Below are positions 52,649 through 64,000 of a stretch of 64,000 bases of DNA, one piece after another (the first letter of the stretch is position 1; the number at the start of each line of letters is the position of its first letter). Source of the stretch: Escherichia coli (GTDB taxonomy: Bacteria > Pseudomonadota > Gammaproteobacteria > Enterobacterales > Enterobacteriaceae); NCBI RefSeq assembly GCF_003334305.1, contig NZ_QOWS01000010.1; one strand, 5' to 3'. The position numbers were made by a program, and so were the translations under genes. The notes below the pieces were generated by a model. It was not told the origin of the DNA and did no database searches. It saw nothing but the letters and a program-made list of their open reading frames with translations.

Positions 52649-53860
52649 TCAGGCATCGGCACACGGCTGCATTCTTGATCTCCGACTCATCAAAATAAAC
52701 ACCGCCAACCCAGCAACAAGAATACCCGGTGCAGAAGCGGCCATTACGCCGACCGTGCCAGTGCCTAATGCCAGCATTTTCCCGGCCAGTAACGGACCGC
52801 TCATAGCCCCCAGACGCCCTACCGCCACGGCTGTTCCCACACCTGTTGCGCGGATCTGCGAACTGTAAAACAACGGTGCCAGGGCATACAAAACGCTTTG
52901 TCCACCTGTCGCAAACAACCCCGCGACAAATCCCGCCAGCAACATACCGTTAAATGACGACACCGTTCCAAGCGCCAGCAGCGAAGCTAACATGCCGCTA
53001 TAAATCAGTAGCGACATGGTTACTGGACGCAGCTTATCCATCAATGCGCCCAACATTAACGTCCCGCTTGCCGCCCCCATTTGCAGGGCAAACATCACCC
53101 CTGCCGCCTGCGATGGCTGGAATCCTTGCTCCACCAAAAGTAGCGGTAGCCAGTTGATCAACATATAAACCACCAGCAGAGTGAAGAAATAACACAACCA
53201 CAGCAGCAGCGTCGCGGTTGCCGTTTCTGGCGCAAATAAGGCACGCAGTGGTGGCGCAGCCTGTTTTTCGCCAGCGAAAACCGCTGACTCCGGCAGCCAG
53301 CGCATTAATAGCGGCACCAGAATCAACGGCACCACACCACCTACCCAAAACACCGTTTGCCATGCTAAGTTTGCCCCCGCGAAACCCAGTGTCGCCGCCA
53401 GCGCCGCGCCAATGGGAACACCGCAATACATCAGGCTCACTGCCGTCCCACGAAAACGTGGACCCGCGGCTTCAGACGTCAGGGCGATAAGATTCGGCAA
53501 CGCCGCCCCCAGCCCGACACCGGTCATCAGCCGCGCAAAGACCAGTGAGGGGAAATCCCAGGCAATCGCCGTTGCCAGTGAGAACAAACCAAACAGCGCA
53601 ACTGAGCCAATCAAAATACGCTTACGACCATAACGGTCTGCCAGCATCCCGCCAACCAACGCGCCGGGTAGCAAACCGAGTATTCCGGCGCTAAATATCC
53701 AGCCCATTTGCATTTTATCGAGTGCGAAAGCCTGGGCGATGCCACCCGCCGCAATGCCAGCCGCCTGAAGATCCAGCCCTTCCATCAGAGCGACCAAAAA
53801 ACAAAGCCCGATGGTCAGCATCAGGCGGGATGAAGATGATGAAGGGGTACGAGTCGACAT
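52649..53860 (-). CDS. mhpT: 3-(3-hydroxyphenyl)propionate MFS transporter
   Basis: ORF 52649..53905; start refined to MSTRTPSSSSSRLMLT... (403 aa); 12-TM MFS; recognised MhpT. Confidence 0.9.
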   Translation of the reverse strand: MSTRTPSSSSSRLMLTIGLCFLVALMEGLDLQAAGIAAGGIAQAFALDKMQMGWIFSAGILGLLPGALVGGMLADRYGRKRILIGSVALFGLFSLATAIAWDFPSLVFARLMTGVGLGAALPNLIALTSEAAGPRFRGTAVSLMYCGVPIGAALAATLGFAGANLAWQTVFWVGGVVPLILVPLLMRWLPESAVFAGEKQAAPPLRALFAPETATATLLLWLCYFFTLLVVYMLINWLPLLLVEQGFQPSQAAGVMFALQMGAASGTLMLGALMDKLRPVTMSLLIYSGMLASLLALGTVSSFNGMLLAGFVAGLFATGGQSVLYALAPLFYSSQIRATGVGTAVAVGRLGAMSGPLLAGKMLALGTGTVGVMAASAPGILVAGLAVFILMSRRSRMQPCADA

Positions 53861-53938
53861 AAGATGAACCTCATTGCGAGTGCAGGTGAATCGCGACTGA
53901 TACATTGCCAGCCGCGTAATCAGAACTATTTAATGACT

Positions 53939-53995
53939 GCCTACGGGCGAAATGTAGGCCGGATAAGGCGTTCACGCCGCATCCGGCAGTCGTGC
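53939..53995. repeat. REP element between mhpE and mhpT
   Basis: ctacgggcgaaatgtaggccggataaggcgttcacgccgcatccggcagtcgtg. Confidence 0.7.
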
Positions 53996-54035
53996 TGGGA
54001 TGGGCATACAAAATGCACGTTCTCGGCAGTCATCA

Positions 54036-55045
54036 TTATTTGTTGTTGCGCAGATCCAGCGCCACGTCAACGATCATATCCTCCTGGCCGCCAACCATCC
54101 GGCGTTTGCCCAGCTCAACGAGAATATCCACCGCACTTAAGCCATAACGCGCCGCCGCCGTTTCACAGTGACGCAGGAAGCTCGAGTAAACACCAGCGTA
54201 TCCCAGCGCCAGCGTTTCGCGATCGACTCGTACCGGTCGATCCTGCAACGGACGCACCAGGTCGTCGGCGGCATCCATTAACGCATAGAGATCGGTCCCA
54301 TGCTGCCAGCCCAGTTTATCCGCGGCGGCAATAAACACTTCCAGCGGTGCGTTACCTGCGCCCGCGCCCATTCCCGCGAGGCTGGCGTCGATTCGGTCGC
54401 AGCCCTCTTCCACCGCCGCGATAGAGTTCGCCACGCCAAGACTCAGGTTATGGTGAGCGTGCATGCCAGTTTGCGTTTCTGGTTTCAGCTCTGCTTTCAG
54501 GGCGCGGAAACGGTCACGGATATCGCTCATGTTCATCGCACCGCCAGAATCCACCACATAAATACAGGTCGCACCGTAGCCTTCCATCAGCTTTGCCTGC
54601 TTTGCGAGATTCTCCGGCGTGGTCATATGGCTCATCATCAGAAAACCAACGGTGTCCATTCCGAGCTCGCGGGCATACTGAATATGCTGGGCGGAAACAT
54701 CAGCTTCGGTACAGTGCGTTGCCACACGAACCACCCGCGCGCCAGCCTGCCAGGCATTTTTCAGATCGTGAATAGTGCCGATTCCTGGCAGCAACAACGT
54801 CGCGATTTTGGCGTGCTTCACCACATCCGCCGCTGCTTCAATCCATTCAAGGTCGCTATGTGCGCCGAAACCATAGTTAAAGCTGGAACCCTGCAAACCG
54901 TCGCCATGGGCCACTTCAATCGAATCCACGCGGGCATCGTCCAGTGCTTTGGCAATCTGGCGAACGTTTTCCAGCGAATACTGATGACGAATGGCGTGCA
55001 TACCGTCACGCAACGTGACGTCCGAGATATAAAGTTTTTTACCGT

Positions 55046-55049
<4 letters not shown>
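54036..55049 (-). CDS. mhpE: 4-hydroxy-2-oxovalerate aldolase
   Basis: 337-aa ORF recognised as MhpE. Confidence 0.93.
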
Positions 55050-56811
<1,762 letters not shown>

Positions 56812-57678
56812 TTAAGGGCGTGCGAGGAAATTCAGCACCAATTGATTGAAAGCGTCGGCATGTTCCCACTGCGCCCAGTGACCACAGTCGCGGAAGATAT
56901 GCAGTTCAGAACCGGCAATGCCGGACAGCAGACGCAGACCCGCATCCATCGGCACAAAGCGGTCGTTGCGCCCCCAGACAATCAGGGTTTGCGCTTTGAT
57001 TTCCGCCAGACGTGGGCCAAAATCCGGGAACTGTTTCGGATTAGCTTCCAGGCTCTTAACGAAGTTTTCCAGGTGATCGCGGCGCGACAGCATATTATTC
57101 AGGCGCGCTTCAAACAGGGCGTCGGTCAAATCGCTGGTATCGAAAACGAAGATATCCATCATCAGCTTCAGGTTTTCGATAGTCGGCTGACGATAAAGCT
57201 GATTCAGTCGCTTAATACCTTCGGTTGGCATCGGCGTAAACAAACTCATGCCGCCCGTACCGCCGCCCATCAGCACCAGTTTGCCGACGCGCTCCGGCCA
57301 GTTAAGGGTGAACGCCACAGAACTATGGCCGCCCATCGAGTTGCCCAGCAGGTGGATTTTGGCGATATCCAGTTGATCCACCACGCTTTTCAGGATTCGT
57401 GCATTAAGATCCGATCGTGAACCACTATTAACGATCGAATCGCTTTTGCCCCAACCCGGACAATCCAGCAGGATTACCCGATAGCCCGCCTCTACCAGCG
57501 GATCGATATTGCGGCTGAAGTTCGCCCAGCCAGTAGCACCCGGGCCGGAACCATGCAGCAGGACAACGGTTTCGTCGCCTTGTCCGCAGTCATTAAAATG
57601 GATGCGCAGCGTTTTACCCGCTTCTTCTACATTCAGAAAACGGCTGGTGGCGGCTTCGGTTTGTGGCTGATAACTCAT
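56812..57678 (-). CDS. mhpC: 2-hydroxy-6-ketonona-2,4-dienedioate hydrolase (alpha/beta hydrolase)
   Basis: ORF 56812..57741; GNSMGG nucleophile motif; start taken at [10 protein letters not shown]... (288 aa); upstream in-frame Met at 57693 also possible. Confidence 0.88.
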
Positions 57679-57695
57679 CATCTTCTCCTGCATAT

Positions 57696-58640
57696 TCAGT
57701 TCTCTGTTCTGGCGCTTAACGAGCCAAATCCGGCAATCCACTCCGGGATTGGGCGGTAATAACGCCCTTCGCTACGCCAGTTGCCAAATGTAGAAATAGC
57801 GGCAAAAGCGGCGACCCAGGTTTTGATTTCATGTGTCGACTTTCCGGCAATGGCGGAAAGCTCTTCGTTACTGACGGCATCCAGTTCCTGTATGCGTCCC
57901 TGCTCCAGCAAAGTCATGAACTGGTTATCCCAAATCGGGTTGAGCGGATGCAGAGTTCTCTGATCCTCAACAAACTTCTCAGCGGCGCTAATCACCCGTT
58001 GCTGACGCAATTCGCGCTCACTGGCGGGTAAATCTTTCCCGCTCCCCAACAGACGGTCGCGCATATGGGCATCGGCTTTCGCCAGTTCGGGCACCGGCGG
58101 CTGATGGGAAAGCCCACCGGAACCCAGGAACAGCACGCGTTTATTGAGAGTGCTGGTGAAACGTCCAATGGCTTCACCCAACATGCGGGTACGCTGGAAA
58201 CCGGGCAGCGGCGTGGCGACACCGTTGATGAACACAGGCAGAACTGGCACCTTATCCAGCCCACCGAGCAGGAACTCCAGCGGCTGGGCGAACCCGTGGT
58301 CCACCTGCATACAGTAAGAAACGGCAAGATCGATCCCGCTCTTCATGACAGCATGCGCACAGGCCTCCGCCAGCTCCACAGGCACGGGCAGCTCTCCTGC
58401 CGCACTGCCGAAATCACCAATTGCCGTCGCTCCAACGCCTAAACAGAACGGTGGCATCACGTCATAGAAAAAGCCGTTGTAGTGATCTGGCGCAAACAGC
58501 ACCACCAGTTCAGGGGAGAAAGCCGCAATACGCTCGCGGGCGCTGGCAATCACGCCATTGACCTCATCGAGTACCTCTTGCGCCGGGTCGACATACCCCA
58601 CCAACGGCGAGTGGGAAAGACAGTGAAGATAAGCGTGCAT
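57696..58640 (-). CDS. mhpB: 3-(2,3-dihydroxyphenyl)propionate 1,2-dioxygenase (extradiol)
   Basis: 314-aa ORF recognised as MhpB. Confidence 0.93.
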
Positions 58641-58641
58641 A

Positions 58642-60306
58642 TCAGGCTACCTTTTCGACAGAAACGTCGGCATCAGGGCGGGTCAGCGTCATCACCGACG
58701 CCAGTTTATTCAGCGTATTGCCCAGGATTTGCGGAATGGCGGTGGCGGCAACAAAGCGATCCGGGCGCATCACCACCAGCGAAGCATTGTGTTGCGCGAA
58801 CCAGCTACGCAGACGACCTTGCGTATCGCCCACGCGTAGCACGCCGTCGTGGTTATCCTGTGCGGTATGAATTTGCACTTCCGGCACCACCTGAATGAAG
58901 CGTGTGCCCAACGCGCGCCACTGCTGGATTTGCTCGTCGCTCATCCCCCACAGTGGATTGCATCCCCAGCCAATTACCGCGAAGTTCGCGCCAATCGCGT
59001 TATCGAGCAGCGTCACGTCGCCGTTTTCCAGCGTGACTTTCGGCTGAATAAACATCTTGCCGACCGGAGAGTGCTTCGCTTCGCCCTCACGTACCAGCGC
59101 ACCGCCGTAATATTGCGGCATCGGCTTGAAGCGCATTTCGAGGAAGTAGCGTTTTACTGGCGGCAGATAATTCAGTAGCCAGGAAACGCCGTCACGTAAC
59201 GTACCCTGCCAGCGTTTCGGCGGAGCCAGCACGTTGCCCGCCGTCACGGACAGGTCAATCATCGCTTTGGCGTGATCGCGACGTTCTTGTTGATAGGTAT
59301 CGAGCAGCGCATCGCGGGCTTTCCCCTGGATAACCAACGCCAGTTTCCAGGCGAGGTTAAAGGCGTCGCGCATACCACTGTTATAGCCCTGCCCCTGCCA
59401 CACCGGCATGATGTGCGCGGCATCGCCCGCCAGCAGTACGCGATCAATACGGAAACGTTGCGCCAGTCGCGCGTTATGGGTGTAGACACGCTGGCGAATC
59501 AATTCAACATTGTCCGGATTAGGCAGCACTTTGCTTAACAGCTTGCGCATATTTTGCGGCTCACGCAGCTGCTCTTCGGTTTCTCCCGGCATCACCATAA
59601 ATTCAAAGCGACGTACCGCATGAGGCAGCGCGGCAGAAACATACGGGCGCACCGGATCGCAACACAAATAGATATGCGGCGTACTTAACGGATCGTTGGC
59701 GATATCTACCACAATCCACTGATTTGGCGCAGTTTTACCTTCAAACGGCACATTCAGAGTGCGACGGACAAAACTTGCTCCACCGTCACAGGCTACCAGC
59801 CACTGGGCTTTGACCGTTTCCCGCTGCCCTTCTGCCGTTTTCAGGTGCAAGGTCACTTCGTCATTTTGCTGGCTGAAGGCCTCCAGCTCGCGGGCAAACA
59901 AGCAGCGCACATTCGGAAAACGCGACAACCCTTCCAGCATCACCGCATCGACCTGTGGCTGAATAAAGGCGTTACGGCGCGGCCAGCCAAATTCATCGGT
60001 CATTGGCTGAATATCAGCAAAACAGCGGCCTTTTGGGGTGAGAAAACGCATCGCGTGCCACGGTGTAGTGTGCGGCAGAACATTCTCGACCAGGCCGACC
60101 GACTGCATGGTGCGCAGCGCCTCGTCATCAATACCAATCGCACGCGGGTAGTCGATCAACTTATCGAGTTTCTCCACCACCAGCACGTCAATGCCCATCT
60201 GACCGAGATAGTTCGCCATCATCAGCCCAACCGGACCGGCACCAGCGATCGCCACCTGAACGCTATGGTTAACAGCAGGCTGGATGTCAGGGTGTTGTAT
60301 TGCCAT
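58642..60306 (-). CDS. mhpA: 3-(3-hydroxyphenyl)propionate hydroxylase (FAD monooxygenase)
   Basis: 554-aa ORF with N-terminal FAD fingerprint [18 protein letters not shown]; recognised MhpA. Confidence 0.93.
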
Positions 60307-60447
60307 TTCAGTACCTCACGACTCGGACAAAATGCCGTTGCGCGCACAGTACAGCGCAACTTATTTTGTTAAAAACATGTAAATGATTTTTTATTGTGCG
60401 CTCAGTATAGGAAGGGTGTTTTCGGCTACAATCAAAACATGCCCGAA

Positions 60448-60464
60448 TGTGCACCAGGTGCACA
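60448..60464. promoter_or_regulatory. perfect 17-bp palindrome in mhpR-mhpA divergent region (probable MhpR operator)
   Basis: TGTGCACCAGGTGCACA lies between divergent mhpA (ends 60306) and mhpR (starts 60497). Confidence 0.6.
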
Positions 60465-60496
60465 ACGTTGTTTTAACTATAGAAATGTCAATTAAT

Positions 60497-61330
60497 ATGC
60501 AGAACAATGAGCAGACGGAATACAAAACCGTGCGCGGCTTAACCCGCGGTCTAATGTTATTAAATATGTTAAATAAACTTGATGGCGGTGCCAGCGTCGG
60601 GCTGCTGGCGGAACTCAGCGGCCTGCATCGCACCACTGTGCGGCGAATGCTGGAGACGCTGCAGGAAGAGGGATATGTCCGCCGTAGCCCCTCCGATGAT
60701 AGTTTTCGACTGACCATCAAAGTGCGGCAATTAAGCGAAGGATTTCGTGACGAACAGTGGATTTCTGCACTGGCGGCCCCACTGCTGGGCGATCTGTTGC
60801 GCGAAGTGGTATGGCCGACAGATGTGTCCACGCTGGATGTTGATGCAATGGTGGTACGCGAAACCACTCACCGTTTCAGCCGCTTATCCTTTCACCGGGC
60901 AATGGTCGGGCGACGTTTGCCGCTTCTGAAAACCGCCTCGGGCCTGACCTGGCTGGCCTTTTGCCCGGAACAAGAACGCAAGGAATTAATCGAAATGTTA
61001 GCCGCCCGCCCCGGTGATGACTATCAACTGGCACGAGAACCGTTAAAGCTGCAAGCCATTCTGGCGCGCGCGCGCAAAGAGGGTTACGGACAGAACTACC
61101 GCGGCTGGGATCAGGAGGAGAAGATTGCCTCTATCGCCGTACCGCTGCGCAGTGAACAACGGGTGATTGGCTGTCTGAATCTGGTGTATATGGCGAGCGC
61201 AATGACCATTGAACAGGCAGCGGAAAAGCATCTTCCGGCGCTACAACGGGTAGCAAAACAGATCGAAGAAGGGGTTGAATCGCAGGCTATTCTGGTGGCC
61301 GGACGGCGAAGCGGCGTGCATTTACGTTGA
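60497..61330 (+). CDS. mhpR: IclR-family activator of the mhp operon
   Basis: ORF 60383..61330; ATG 60497 gives MQNNEQTEYKTVRGLTRGLMLLN... 277 aa; recognised MhpR. Confidence 0.9.
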   Translation: MQNNEQTEYKTVRGLTRGLMLLNMLNKLDGGASVGLLAELSGLHRTTVRRMLETLQEEGYVRRSPSDDSFRLTIKVRQLSEGFRDEQWISALAAPLLGDLLREVVWPTDVSTLDVDAMVVRETTHRFSRLSFHRAMVGRRLPLLKTASGLTWLAFCPEQERKELIEMLAARPGDDYQLAREPLKLQAILARARKEGYGQNYRGWDQEEKIASIAVPLRSEQRVIGCLNLVYMASAMTIEQAAEKHLPALQRVAKQIEEGVESQAILVAGRRSGVHLR

Positions 61331-61406
61331 CACCATCGAATGGCGCAAAACCTTTCGTGGTATGGCATGATAGCGCCCGGAAGAGAGTCAATTCAGGGTG
61401 GTGAAT

Positions 61407-62481
61407 GTGAAACCAGTAACGCTATACGATGTCGCAGAGTATGCCGGTGTCTCTTATCAGACCGTTTCTCGCGTGGTGAACCAGGCCAGCCACGTTTCTG
61501 CGAAAACGCGAGAAAAAGTGGAAGCGGCGATGGCGGAGCTGAATTACATTCCCAACCGCGTGGCACAACAACTGGCGGGCAAACAGTCGTTGCTGATTGG
61601 CGTTGCCACCTCCAGTCTGGCCCTGCACGCGCCGTCGCAAATTGTCGCGGCGATTAAATCTCGCGCCGATCAACTGGGTGCCAGCGTGGTGGTGTCGATG
61701 GTAGAACGAAGCGGCGTCGAAGCCTGTAAAGCGGCGGTGCACAATCTTCTCGCGCAACGCGTCAGTGGGCTGATCATTAACTATCCGCTGGATGACCAGG
61801 ATGCCATTGATGTGGAAGCTGCCTGCACTAATGTTCCGGCGTTATTTCTTGATGTCTCTGACCAGACACCCATCAACAGTATTATTTTCTCCCATGAAGA
61901 CGGTACGCGACTGGGCGTGGAGCATCTGGTCGCATTGGGTCACCAGCAAATCGCGCTGTTAGCGGGCCCATTAAGTTCTGTCTCGGCGCGTCTGCGTCTG
62001 GCTGGCTGGCATAAATATCTCACTCGCAATCAAATTCAGCCGATAGCGGAACGGGAAGGCGACTGGAGTGCCATGTCCGGTTTTCAACAAACCATGCAAA
62101 TGCTGAATGAGGGCATCGTTCCCACTGCGATGCTGGTTGCCAACGATCAGATGGCGCTGGGCGCAATGCGCGCCATTACCGAGTCCGGGCTGCGCGTTGG
62201 TGCGGATATCTCGGTAGTGGGATACGACGATACCGAAGACAGCTCATGTTATATCCCGCCGTTAACCACCATCAAACAGGATTTTCGCCTGCTGGGGCAA
62301 ACCAGCGTGGACCGCTTGCTGCAACTCTCTCAGGGCCAGGCGGTGAAGGGCAATCAGCTGTTGCCCGTCTCACTGGTGAAAAGAAAAACCACCCTGGCGC
62401 CCAATACGCAAACCGCCTCTCCCCGCGCGTTGGCCGATTCATTAATGCAGCTGGCACGACAGGTTTCCCGACTGGAAAGCG

Positions 62482-62489
<8 letters not shown>
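61407..62489 (+). CDS. lacI: lactose operon repressor LacI
   Basis: ORF 61398..62489; canonical GTG start at 61407 (VKPVTLYDVAEYAGVSYQTVSRVVN...), 360 aa; recognised LacI. Confidence 0.97.

Positions 62490-64000
<1,511 letters not shown>

Noticed and set aside
59845..60372. 175-aa plus-strand ORF
   Set aside because: Antisense to mhpA; no support.

Overview
This window is a contiguous stretch of Escherichia coli chromosome, in reverse-complement orientation relative to the K-12 map, running tsx - yajD - secFD-yajC-tgt-queA - acpH - malZ - proY - brnQ - phoRB - sbcDC - araJ - mak - rdgC - ppnP - aroM-yaiA-aroL - yaiI - proC - dgcC(adrA) - psiF - phoA - iraP - ddlA - yaiZ/yaiY/yaiW - sbmA - ampH - yaiV - yaiT - hemB - tauDCBA - yaiS-yaiP-yaiX-yaiO - frmRAB - yaiL - mhpT-EFDCBA - mhpR - lacI - lacZ (5' part). 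About 60 protein-coding genes were assigned by recognising the translated ORFs; starts were refined by hand where the ORF track begins at an upstream alternative codon. I found no rRNA, tRNA, CRISPR array, prophage, integrase or IS element. From memory of K-12 MG1655, yaiT and yaiX are uninterrupted here (K-12 carries IS3 and IS2 there) and the lac region has a few SNPs, so the source is probably a non-K-12 or IS-free E. coli. I do not see a clearly foreign inserted system. The most under-characterised content is the tightly packed, AT-rich-flanked yaiS-yaiP-yaiX-yaiO module (LmbE-like deacetylase, membrane GT2 glycosyltransferase, hexapeptide acyltransferase, outer-membrane protein), which looks like a cryptic synthase-type surface-glycan pathway, followed by the intact yaiT autotransporter with the Crp/Fnr-like yaiV. 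Everything is from reading the sequence plus recall; no database search or computation was run.
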